This document shows, one piece after another, positions 9,637 through 21,300 of a DNA stretch of 64,000 nt. The notes beneath the pieces were generated by a model. It had not been told where the DNA came from. It searched no databases and worked only from the letters and a program-made list of their open reading frames with translations. Positions within the stretch are counted from its first letter, which is position 1. Every line of letters begins with the position of its first letter. Both the position numbers and the translations under genes were made by a program. Source of the DNA: Auanema rhodensis (taxonomy: Eukaryota; Animalia; Nematoda). The stretch spans positions 11,222,001 through 11,286,000 of the forward strand of contig OZ059897.1 in assembly GCA_964057225.1 (NCBI GenBank), in the 5' to 3' direction.

Positions 9637-12594
9637 ATGAAAGAACTTGACCTAAAAGAGGCTGATCTTACGCAACGACAAAAAGACGAACTACGAAACA
9701 TCATTCGTCAACGTAAGAAGGCATTCCTCAATGAAGATAAAAAGATAGGATTGTTCAAAGGACCAGTAGAACACAAGATACCACTACGAACGGATATGGA
9801 TATGCCAAAGCCACGAATTTCACGTATACCTCTCGGGAAACAGGAAGAGGTAGAAAGACAAGTCCAAGAAATGCTCGAGCAAGGGATAATAGAACGATCG
9901 ACATCTTTGTTCAACAGCCCTGTCGTTCTCGTTAAGAAAAAAGACGAAACATTCCGTTTCGTTACGGATTTCCGAGCCTTAAATAACGTTACAAGAAAAC
10001 AAACATATGTGATTCCTAACATCTCTGATATCATTGACTTAGCGGCTGGATCACAATACTTTTCTAATTTTGATCTTGTTTCTGGCTTTTTCCAAATACC
10101 ATTATCGAAGAAGGATAGACCACTCACATCCTTTACCACCAATAGTGGGACTTATCAATACAGGAGAATGCCTATGGGATTATGTGGTGCGCCACATACC
10201 TTTCAAACAGCCGTGAGATATCTCCAAAGTAAATGTAAATGCCGATTATTTGTCTATTTGGACGATTTACTAGTCATATCAGACAGCGCAGAACAACACC
10301 TCGAAGACATCAAAGAAGTATTACTCGCTGTAGAAAGACTAGGATTTAAGATTAAACTCAAGAAATGTTCATTTGCAAGACCAGAAGTGAAATTTCTCGG
10401 ACTCATTGTCGGAAGAGACGGAGTTAAGCCCGATCAACAGAAAGTTTCCGCCATCCGCGATTACCCTGCTCCTCAAACACCCACAGGAGTAAGAGCATTC
10501 TTAGGAATGGTCGGATTCTTTAGAAAATTTATTAAAGATTTTGCACATATAGCAAGTCCGCTGTATGACCTTACTAAGCTAGACGCAGACTTCAATTGGA
10601 CTAGCGAATGTCAACGTTCACTAGATAAGCTAAAGGAACGACTAATCGAAGCACCGGTATTGAAACCACCACGATCAGACCGAACTTTCATCATTGAAAG
10701 TGATGGCAGCAACATCGCCATAGGCGCAGTATTACTGCAGCCCGAAGATCCAAACGAACCATTCAAGAACTTACATCCAATTGCTTTCGCAAGTAGGAAA
10801 TTAGTAAAAGCAGAACGTAACTATGCTCCCATAGAGATAGAAGCCTTAGGCTTAGTTTACGCTCTAGCACAGTTTCGAACATACATACTTGGATCACATT
10901 CAATTTGCATCACTGATCATCGCCCATTGACAAGCTTACTAACTAGAAGAGACCTATTTGGAAGACTAGCAAAGTTCCAATTGGTCATACAGGAATACGA
11001 TATTGAGATCAAATATCGAGAAGGCAGATTAAACAAAGTCTGTGACGCACTCTCTAGATACATTGGAGATGAAGCTAACGATCCAAAGAGGTCGAACAAG
11101 AAACAAAAGACGAATTCGAAAGAGAAAATTGAGACACAACAAGTAAATGTTGTGAAGTTACCAGAATTCAGCTCAATCCAACAAAATACTCCTTGGATCA
11201 AGAGAACAATAGCTGAGATTGAATACAGAACGAAGAAAAATATGATTCAAAATGATCGTTATTGTGTTATAAACAACTTACTCTACACAAAACCAAGCGT
11301 CAAAAGACCTCATCCAGCGTTAATATTGCCATCGGATAGTGATATAATTAACAAAATCATTGAAGAATTTCATGAAGACCCAACAATCGGGGCGCATCAA
11401 GGAATCAACAAAACAAAAGAAGCCATATTACGAAGATTTTCCTGGACTAACATGCAGAACGACATAGCAAAATACGTAAAACAGTGCATCAAATGTGCAC
11501 AACGAAAGAAAGATCCTCATGCTATGACCGTACAACCAATGGGTCAATTTAACATACCAACAAAACCATTTGAGAGAATACATATGGATATCATGGGACC
11601 ATTCCCAACATCAAAAAGGAACAACAGCTATGTCCTCACAATACAAGACTCTTTCTCCAAATGGGCTACAACTATCGCCATACCAACAATTGTTAGTGAA
11701 GTTGTCATTGATAGATTCCTCAGAAACTTTGTATATGTCTATGGACCACCGAACCGCTTAATAACAGACCGCGGTTCCAACTTCCTATCAAGGAAATATG
11801 AAGACATGTGCGAAAAACTCGGTATCAAACATGAATCAACACTCCCACATCAGAAGAATTCCAATGGACAAGTAGAAAGACTTCATAGAACGTTAGAAGA
11901 AGGACTCACACATTATCTCAACGAAGATGTCACTGATTGGGACATGTTTTTGCCAAAAATTACCTTTGCATTGAACACCACAACGCATGCAACCACAGGA
12001 ATATCACCATACGTTGTACTATTCGGGAAAGAAAGCCGTTTGAGATTGGATAAAGATTTATACCCCGAAACAACTGAACCAAAGGAAATTTCAAAGGAGA
12101 TTGAAAATATTGAGAAAATCCAAAGCAAACAGAAAACAATCATTCAAGAAAATTTGGAAAAGCATCAAGAATTAGCAAAAAAGAAACATGATGCTCGATT
12201 ACGCACTCACGAAAGAGATATACAAGAAGGAGACTGCGTTATGTTAGCTGTGAAAATGCACAAGCCAGGACAAAAGCTTCGGAAAGCTTATGATGGACCA
12301 TTTGAAGTTATTAATGTGAAGGGAAACATGGTTCAAATCAAAAACCTTTTCGGAAAGATCCAAGACGTTCACAAGGACAATCTCAAATTATTTAATCGAG
12401 AAACAGATGACGGAATCGCACATAAGATCAATGCATTACATTCATATGACGAAGCTGTAGCAGGCGGGTTAGAGTCAGAGAATGCGAGACTGAGAGAAGA
12501 CGACCCGCCCTTTTCCATATTACAACACTTCAGCTTTGCCTCAGGGACGATCATGGATGGTCGGTCGTTCTCTCTCTGTTCTCTATTAGTTTAA
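9637..12594 (+). CDS. pol: Pol: reverse transcriptase, RNase H, integrase (frame is open from ~9517)
   Basis: SPVVLVKKKD, DFRALN, MPMGL, YLDD, DGS..AIGAVL, TDHRPL, HHCC, MD..GP, TDRGSNF, NGQVER and GPF motifs. Confidence 0.96.
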   Translation: MKELDLKEADLTQRQKDELRNIIRQRKKAFLNEDKKIGLFKGPVEHKIPLRTDMDMPKPRISRIPLGKQEEVERQVQEMLEQGIIERSTSLFNSPVVLVKKKDETFRFVTDFRALNNVTRKQTYVIPNISDIIDLAAGSQYFSNFDLVSGFFQIPLSKKDRPLTSFTTNSGTYQYRRMPMGLCGAPHTFQTAVRYLQSKCKCRLFVYLDDLLVISDSAEQHLEDIKEVLLAVERLGFKIKLKKCSFARPEVKFLGLIVGRDGVKPDQQKVSAIRDYPAPQTPTGVRAFLGMVGFFRKFIKDFAHIASPLYDLTKLDADFNWTSECQRSLDKLKERLIEAPVLKPPRSDRTFIIESDGSNIAIGAVLLQPEDPNEPFKNLHPIAFASRKLVKAERNYAPIEIEALGLVYALAQFRTYILGSHSICITDHRPLTSLLTRRDLFGRLAKFQLVIQEYDIEIKYREGRLNKVCDALSRYIGDEANDPKRSNKKQKTNSKEKIETQQVNVVKLPEFSSIQQNTPWIKRTIAEIEYRTKKNMIQNDRYCVINNLLYTKPSVKRPHPALILPSDSDIINKIIEEFHEDPTIGAHQGINKTKEAILRRFSWTNMQNDIAKYVKQCIKCAQRKKDPHAMTVQPMGQFNIPTKPFERIHMDIMGPFPTSKRNNSYVLTIQDSFSKWATTIAIPTIVSEVVIDRFLRNFVYVYGPPNRLITDRGSNFLSRKYEDMCEKLGIKHESTLPHQKNSNGQVERLHRTLEEGLTHYLNEDVTDWDMFLPKITFALNTTTHATTGISPYVVLFGKESRLRLDKDLYPETTEPKEISKEIENIEKIQSKQKTIIQENLEKHQELAKKKHDARLRTHERDIQEGDCVMLAVKMHKPGQKLRKAYDGPFEVINVKGNMVQIKNLFGKIQDVHKDNLKLFNRETDDGIAHKINALHSYDEAVAGGLESENARLREDDPPFSILQHFSFASGTIMDGRSFSLCSLLV

Positions 12595-13647
12595 CCTTTA
12601 CTTAGTTATATGTATCTTATTGTAATCACGTAGATATAATAAACCAATCTTTCTCGAGTCTTATGTTTATCCTTATGCTCCATGTTTAACCGCTACATCT
12701 GGAATACTACCACGCTCATCTTGTAGACTCCATTGGTCTGTAAGATCGACGCGGGAGCATAACGGAACGTGGAGGTTCCACCTCGAACTTATCACAATTT
12801 TTTTTTCTTCCTTCTCTCTAATGTTTGTGTTGTTAATTTATTTTCAAATCTCTTTCATCTCTCTTTTTCTCATACCATCTACTCTATGTCTTAACACAAT
12901 ACGGAGGGGCCAACAACGTTAAATGGGAACAGAGGCAAGGAATCCTTTTTTTTTTAAAGAAGGATTATACGTTTCGAGATTATTATTTTCCCGTTTGTTC
13001 ACAAAAAGTTTTTCGTCTGAACCTTTAAATTTCGTATCCTTGCTTATAACATCTGAAATGCTCTGTTACCCAACCTTGAAGCTTGATGAGGGCTTTAGGT
13101 TGAATTAGTGAACAAATTCACCTAAAGTAATTGTTATTTTGTATTTCCCACGCCTTCTCCTTTTTAAGGATTAATTTTGGCTTCAAGGAAAGAATAACTT
13201 CGGTTATATCTTTATATTTCGTGGATGAAGTTTGTTTTGCGATCAGGACTATTTTATTTTGCGTTACGATTTCGTTCAGACAAATTTTGCTTCTAACATC
13301 CTAAATTTATAATCAGTACGCATGAAAAAAATTACACGGGAAACCTCACCAGAAAGGGAGGATTGTTAATTTATAGATCGCTATAGTCCGAAAAATCCTG
13401 TTGAAAAATGTTATCTCGAATTTGAATCATGATTAACACAGGTCGTGTTGGCTAAAGCATATCGGTTTGGATTTTCTCCCCTTACTGAATGTCACCTTCC
13501 TCATACCGTTATTGTTGTTCAGAAGCATAAGACTCACGCATTGAACCTTATTCCAACTTTAATACTAGTTCTTGTAATATTTAGCCATTTAACTCTGCTT
13601 TTATTTCAAAATTCGATTTCTGATCACGAAATATCTACATTCATCAT
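12426..13647 (+). repeat. Second copy of LTR (missing first 13 nt) + PBS + 5' leader
   Basis: Nearly identical to 2033-3255 (a few substitutions/indels); no polypurine tract upstream. Confidence 0.9.
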
Positions 13648-13917
13648 GAGATCCCTGCATCAAAATTGCCTATTCTTAGCAATAAAGTTCATCAGCAGTG
13701 CATATACCAAGGTAATAACTGGTTATAATAATTTTCAATCTCAAAAACATTTTAAATTCATACTCTAATATATCGGCAATATCAGGTCAAAGTATAATGT
13801 AAAAAACGCTTTATATTTATATTTAAATTCATATTACTTAGGCATCTTTAGTCTTATGTGATAATTATAACACAGATATTTTTCGTGACAAATACAGTGT
13901 AAAAAATGAAACCTGTT

Positions 13918-15170
13918 TCATTTCAAACTCTCTATCAGACTATTAAAATCGTTGTTAATTTCTAAGAAATATTTCACAAAGGTTCGACTTGGTTTACAGA
14001 TAATAGAATGCTTCTTGAACATCTCTTTTTGTTTGGAGATCGCTGCATTAGCTTCGTTGAAATCATGGGGTAGATTCCACAATTTAATGCACTCCTTTGC
14101 TACTCGAATCTGTAGCTCTTTGCTTTTCTTCCAGCTTTTGTACCCGTTCAAAGATTTGTGTGCTATTTCAGGATCGACACAACTCTTTATCTAAATTACA
14201 AAGATCATAATATAAAATGCTTACAATCATACTTGAAGAACAGCAATGCTCAGTTTCCCATGACCATAAATTTCATAATTCTTCAAGTGGGAATTCTTAA
14301 GAAACAGCACTCGTCGCAGAAAATCCCTTTTAGCGCATACTTTGCTACTCACATGAATTCCTTCAGTTTCTGCTCGCCGAAAACCAGGAACTAGAACGTA
14401 ATTGAATTATATGAAACCAAAACTTTTTCGCAAGATTTACCTTCATCGGTTCCGATGTAAAGTGCTAAACTAGAATAGTGTTTGTTTGGAATAAAATGAA
14501 CCTTAGGTCCGACTCCGATGAACTCAAACAACTTATAAACAAATATTTCACGAATATCTGCTTGTTGCCAATTTTCTAGGCCTATATGTTCTTTAACGTA
14601 GTACTTTCCAATCAGAATTTCATTCCTCCATACTTGACAAATGAGCCCGCCCTAAAGACAATATTGTACAATTATATTTTATATCAAATTTTATCAAAAA
14701 CTTACCAGGATTCCACTTTCCTCTGGTCGCTTTCTCTCACATCTGATGTCGAAGGCTGTGCATTCAGCGTTATCAGCAAAGAAGTTTGAGAAATAAAACT
14801 CTGCGGCTATTTCAATGTATTCGAAATTTTTTTCCATGTAGCGAGAGAAATTTGCATTGAATTGGCAATAAATTTCATCAAATTGATGGTAGGTGACAAG
14901 GAATTTAGCTTTCATCAGTGGCATTAGGTGGTTCAAGGCTTGATCAACTGCTTGTTCAATTTAGGTCATTTGTTTCAATGCGGAAGCTTGTCAAGCCCTT
15001 TTGAACTTTCTCAGAAAAGCTTAACAATTCGCAGTCATGATGTCTCTAAAATTAATAAAATCCATTACAAATATCAAAACATAGATAAAATGAAGATTAA
15101 AAAGTATATTGAATATTTTTAAAAGATTCTCAGTGTTGGAAACGCCAGAAATCTTTTTCGATTAAAAACA
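13918..15170 (-). pseudogene. Multi-exon atypical kinase-like (KRMA-like) gene, apparently catalytically degenerate; ~1.6 kb tandem unit with a further partial copy at 15250-15790
   Basis: Spliced reading ...ESGIL|GGLICQVW...KYYVKEH...DIREIFVYKLFEFIGVGPKVHFIP...YIGTDE|VPGF...RVLFLKNSHLKNY...LSIAVLQ|IKSCVDPE across GT-AG introns. Confidence 0.6.
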
Positions 15171-15929
15171 TAAAATCTACCTCCACATTTCCAAAAATAC
15201 ATAGACATCTTTTACACGATTAAAATATCATTAAAACAATCATTAACAATGAGATCCCTGCATCAAAATTGCCTATTCTTAGCAATAAAGTTCATCAGCA
15301 GTGCATATACCAAGGTAATGACTGTTTATAATAATTTTCAATCTCAAAAACATTTTAAATTCATACTCTACTATATTCACATTATCAGGTCAAAGTATAA
15401 TGTGAAAGACGCTTTTTATTTATATTCAAATTCATATTACTTAGGCATCTTTAGTGTTATGTGATCATTATAACACAGATATTTTTCGTAACAAATACAG
15501 TTTAAAAAATGAAACCTGTTTTATTTCAATTCTTCTATCAGACTATTAAGATCGTTGTTAATTTCTACAAAATTTTTCTCAAAGTTTCGACTTGGTTTAC
15601 AGATAATAGAATACTTCTTGAACAGCTCTTTTTGCTTGGAGATCGCTGCATTAGCTTCGTTGAAATTATGGGGTAGATTCCACAATTTAATGCACTCCTT
15701 TGCTACTTGAATCCGTAGCTCTTTGCTCTTCTTCCAGCTTTTGTACCCGTTCAAATATTTGTGTGCTATTTCAGGATCGACACAATTCTTTACACACAAG
15801 TCATTTGCGTCCGGGCTAGTTTGCTTTCTATTTAGGAAGTTTATTTTTTCTTCGTATCAAATGCTTGGATCTCTTAGTGCTTTGAGCGTTTGTGCCAAAC
15901 AAAACGTGTTTGTAATACGACGGCGACAA

Positions 15930-16369
15930 TAAAAACAGATGTATTCAATATGCTTATCCATGTTACATAATAAATTACAACGCCAACAGCAATGTGTAAA
16001 CTGATGTATTCATTATATCAAGGTACAATGGCTGCTAATAGGTTGTGTCTTTTTGATTATTCATTTGTAAACTTTTTTTTTAGTTATAAGCGTTTATGTG
16101 AAGAGCTAGGATTTGATTATGACGAGATTAATCAGCTCAGGTAATTTAACACAATTTTGAATCTTCATATATATATATATTTTTTTTAGTAAACGGATAA
16201 AGTTCACCGAGGCTGGTGGGATCGAGATCTGTGAGCTTACAGCACCCACTTTTAATAGTGGGCTCTCATCATCAGGGGTTTTTGAAATAATAACCTTGGA
16301 TGACAGTGATGAGTAAGCGATATTAAAAATTATAACAACAAATTGCAAATATTTTGAAATTTATATATA
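15930..16369 (+). mobile_element. Old Maverick left-arm fragment (pPolB exons 1-3, ATG 16028); continues at 32384-32440
   Basis: Matches 18317-18550 and the reverse complement of 47400-47840. Confidence 0.85.
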
Positions 16370-17140
16370 TTAGGTACCGGAAAAAGTAATCAACGTTTCA
16401 AATTCAATTAGTCATTTTTTATATATTTGGCGGGATATAATAAAATTAATTATAAAAATATAAACAGCATAAATAACTACTCTTTATATATTAGGTCCCC
16501 TAGTTTTTCGAATTTTTTCGAAAAATTAAAAATTAAAAATTATTTAAAATTAAGGAAATTTGAATATTTTAAAACAATATTATCAAAAAAAAGTTTCAAA
16601 AAACAAATTTTTTTGTTTGAAAAATTGATTTTTATTTTCCATCTTTTTTTTTTGCTGTTTTCCGTTATGAATTCTACTCATGCGCGCCATTTTCTTTTTT
16701 ATCGTTTTAATGAAGGATTATCTGCGAAAGCAGCCTTTAAAAAAATGAGAGCTGTTTATGGAGATTCATCTCCAAACTACAGCACCTGCAAAAGATGGTA
16801 ATCGCGTTTGGCGAAACCGATTTAAAAGATCGTCCAAGGTCGGGAGCTGGTAAGAAATTCAGCAACGCAGACCTTCAGAATGTTTTGGATGAGAATCCTG
16901 AAGCAACTCAGCTTCAAATGTGAAACATTCTAAAAGTCAGCGATGTTGCTATTTCAAAAAGATTGAAAAAAATGGGTAAAATCCATAAAATTTCACCTTT
17001 TTCCCCGCATGTTCTGACTGAGAGTAATCTCAGATCGAGAATAAGTTTGGCTCAGGATCTTCTGAAAATGAGCCAATGCATTAATTATTTAATGCATGTG
17101 TAGTGATCATATATTCTGAATAAAATTATTTTTTTGAAGA

Positions 17141-17628
17141 TTGAAAATGGTCTACTTGAGTGTTACAATTCGCTCAGTTCTGCTTCATGAATTTAAGAAC
17201 AATTTTAAAGCTTCTAAAGCTGCTCAAAAAATTAGAAGAGTGTTCGGTGATGATGCTGTGAGTGACGGAGTGGCAAGATTCTGGTTCAGAAGATTTAAAA
17301 CAGGAAATGAAAATAAACCAAAAAAAAAACCTAAAAATAAACCAAGAGTTACTTGTCAGAAACTATGTAGAGATTTCAATTGTGATGAATCTACAGTTAG
17401 GAAGCGTCTACATGAGTTGAACTACATCAAAATGCTCGACAAATGGATTCCACATACTCTCTCCGAAGACAATAAGTTGACTCGCCTGACTATAGCTGCT
17501 TTTCTACTCTCTATGAATTGTCAGGACCCTTTCATCGATCGTATTCTCACCTGTGATAAAAAATAGGTTGAATACGATAACTTCAGTAGATCAGCACAAT
17601 GGGTTCAACGAGGAGAACCGGCAGGAAC
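17141..17628 (+). pseudogene. Mariner transposase, 5' half
   Basis: WIPHTL, ILTCD; ...SAQWVQRGEPAGT joins in frame to IAKKALTAKK at 31815. Confidence 0.88.
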
Positions 17629-18311
17629 AGTAGAGAGCCGTGCAAAATTTACTAACCACGCCCCCAAACAGCTGTCAAAAACATACTTTTGGGGGCGTCA
17701 GCTGCTAAAAACATACTTTTGGGGCGCGTCAGCTGTCAAAAACATATTTTTGAGCGTCAGCTATTAAAATCATATTTTGGGATCATGGTTCATGGATTCT
17801 CCTTTTTTAAATTTAAAAATCAAATTTTAAATTTATTTTTTCAAATGTATGTATATGTTTTTAAATATTTTTAAATATATTAAGTAAAAATAAAAATTAT
17901 AAATTTTAAATATTTAAATTTTGAATATATAAATTTGTTTTTAAATTTTATTTATTTATTATATTTATTAATAATGTTTGTTTACTTATTTTGTTTATTT
18001 TTCATTGTATTGTGTTTGTATTGTTTTTATTTTAAAGAACAATAAAATTTATGATATGAAATACCAAAATTCAATGGAACACATATCGAAGGTTAATTCG
18101 ATAAGAACGATATGAAATACAAAATTTAATGGAACACATATCGAAGGTTAATTCGATAAGAACGACATTAAATTATTAATTTTTGAAATTACAAATTGTT
18201 ATTAATTATATTTATTCTAACAAGTAAAAGTTTCAAATTATAGTAAAAGATTAGTTTTAAACTTTATTTTACTAATATAACAATACAATAACTCTATAGA
18301 GCACACATTGA
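17629..18311 (+). repeat. Left terminal inverted repeat (internally deleted)
   Basis: Reverse complement of 31014-31808; contains ~30-bp CAGCTG repeats and 56-bp palindromic repeats. Confidence 0.92.
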
Positions 18312-21300
18312 GCACTAGGATTTGACTATGAAGAAATCAATCAACTTAGGTAATTTAACAATATTTTGAATTTATTTATACATATTTTTTTTTTTTTAGT
18401 AAACGTATAAAGTTTACCGAGGCTGGTGGGATCGAGCTCTGTGAGCTTACAGCACCCACTTTTAATAGTGGGCTCTCATCATCAGGGGTTTTTGAAATAA
18501 TAACCTTGGATGACAGTGATGAGTAAGCGATATTAAAAATTATAACAATTAGTTTTTTTCTTTTTTAAGAGAATGAAATCCCGCTACCCCATCAACCAGT
18601 GGAGGGCAAGTCGGATATGGAGCGACATTCAACGATGTCTGTAAAATAGAGGTGCGATCTTTTATTTACATATTATTTCATAATATATCTTTTGAAACAT
18701 GAAATTTTCTCTTGCTCCAATTGCATATTTTGAAAACATTTTGAAATTTATTTCTCTTTTTCAATTGCATACATGAAATTCTTTCTCTCTCATCTTTACA
18801 TTTCATCTCAATCTATATCTTTTATCAAACAAATTGCAAATATTTTGAAATTTATATATTCATTCTTTTGAACAGCATTCATCTTAAAATTTTTACATTT
18901 CATCTCACTATATATCTTTCTTTCAATCAATTTTGATTTCTTACAAATTATAAATATTTCAAACATTTTGAACTAGTAAAATAATAAAACACCATCTTGT
19001 CCTTCTCAATTATTTTAAAACATTTTTCGAACAACAATTTAAACATTTTAACAAATGTTTATAAAAGTTTTTTCAAAGTTGAAAAAAAAAACTTTATATT
19101 TAAAAATCAAATGCCATTTATTTTTAATAAAAGCATATAAAAATAATTTAAAGAAAAGTAAATTTATTAAAACTTATAAACAAAAATTATTTATAATTAA
19201 ATTAAAAGCGTATAACCATTATAAAAAGTGTGTATTATAGTGGTCACACCGACGCATAAAACGCACCGGTCGGTTCACCAACGTGGTCGTTAGATCGCTC
19301 ACGTTCCCACATTTGGAAACCATTAATGAGCCAATGCATGTTGTCATGCCGCGGTTATTTAATGAGTTTCTTGATCGGTGCCTTGCTGAAAGTGGTGTGC
19401 CAGATAAACAAAAAGCGCTATTTTGTCTATCAATAGAGCACCCATCCTTTGAAAAGGGATCCATATTTATGGATTTCCGTAGAAGGGAGCATTTGGATGG
19501 CGTTGCCATCATGAATCCCATCAGCAAGGTGCAGCAATCAAAGCGAGAGGCTGTAATTAGCCAGGCAATGAATATTGAAATGTATGTGTTTGATGAAAGA
19601 CCGGTGCAGCCAAGCTTGATGCCTGGTGAAGGTAGAGTTGGTTTCTATTTTGATGCCGAACTCAAAATACCTGGCACAATTGAAAACACTGACACTCATT
19701 GCCTGGCTAGAGCAGCAGTTGTGGGAATATGGAAAGCCGATGAAGAGGCAGCAGAAGATGTTATTGAGAAGCGGAGGATTGAAAATCTTTTTGTTGCCAA
19801 ATCAACCACATCATATCAATTTATTAAATAGGTGTGGCATTTCTTTACATTTACCAAATTATAATTTAAACCATTTAAATATTATTGCAAGTTGTAATAC
19901 AGACTATAAGTTTGTAGTATACGCTAGGCCACCTGGACAGCGTATGTACGCTATTCAGCGTATCTTTAATGAAACGGCTAGCAAAGTGGTAACACTAGGC
20001 TACCGAAATAATCATTATGACTATATTACAACTTGTAGTAGATCACAGCTTTTTTATGGTATTATATGCCAACACTGTAAATTATCTTACAAAACAGTGT
20101 TGCATAGATGTAAAGCCAAGTGTAAGAAATGCCACACCTTAAAATGTAATTCGATGGAAAATGTGGTTGAAAGTAGCATAAGATGTGATAGTTGTAGAGT
20201 TTTGTTTAAAACTCGTCAATGCTTTGACAGGCATATTAGAAAAACATGTCGAATGCTAAAGGTAATTTAAAAAATATATATAAAATTTTACAAGACTAAA
20301 TTCAGACATGTGAAAACTGTGATCATTATCACAGAGTACGTGCTGATAGACCGCACAATTGCAATGAGAAATTTTGCAAAAAGTGTGGTCAGACAAAGCC
20401 TGAAGATCATTCTTGTTGTTGGGTACCACCTAACGACAAGAAAAAGGATCAGTTAAAAAAGAGGCAAGAGAAATACAAGGTTTGTATTTAACATCTTTAC
20501 AAGTGTAATGCTTACTTGTTTAAGATTATATTTTATGACTTTGAAACGGTTGTGTTAAAAAACGGTACAAATGTTCATGAATATGCAGATGAACAATGGC
20601 CCAATATGGTTGTGTATAACAAATTTTGTGGAAGTTGTATAGATGCCAACTCATGTGAAAAATGCACAACCAAGGAGGGCCAGTTTGGGTATCAACAAGG
20701 TGATAGTGAATGGTCTGTAACAGATCGTCTCCTTGATTGGTTACTCAACTCTGTTGAGAATGATAATGCAATTTTGATAGCGCATAATGGTTCACGCTTT
20801 GACATACATTTCTTGGTGTCTAGGCTGATAAACCGTGGAATATATCCTGATCCAATTTTAAATGGGACCAAGATTATTAGCATGGTTGTCAAGCCTTTAA
20901 GAGGTCAAAAATTTAATCATTTATATTTTAAAGATAGTTATTTATTAGTGCCTTTACCCCTATCAGCGTTACCCAAGGCATTTGGTGTACCTGATATGAG
21001 TAAAGGACAGTTTCCTTACCTCTTTAACCATCCAATAAATTATGGCAAAGTGTTACCATCTTTACCACCAAAACAGTACTATTGTACTGCTAGAATGAAA
21101 GCAGAAGACCTAGCTTCATTCAATATTTGGTATGAAGAGCGTAATCAAAGAGCGTTTGATTTTACTGAAGAGCTTTTGGAATATTGTAGGACAGATGTCC
21201 GTATTTTAACCAACTGTATGAAAGTTTACATGAAGTTGGCAACCGCCACCACTGGCTGGAACCCTGTCATACAATGTATGACATTTGCCAGTTTCTCTTT

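Larger units (their letters stand above)
2020..13646 (+). mobile_element. Ty3/Gypsy LTR retroelement with gag-env-pol order
   Basis: PR-RT-RH-IN order, tRNA-Gln PBS, ~1.22 kb direct repeats 2033-3255/12426-13647; host kinase-repeat sequence resumes on both sides. Confidence 0.92.

Noticed and set aside
17689-17874. Short ORFs in TIRs and LTR/leader (also 42918-43100, 55342-55524, 2530-2715, 1955-2161)
   Set aside because: They arise from repeats or non-coding DNA, often lack ATG starts and show no protein motifs
17660-18170. Repeat arrays as CRISPR
   Set aside because: Units are tandem with no unique spacers, lie inside TIRs, and there are no cas genes in this eukaryotic context
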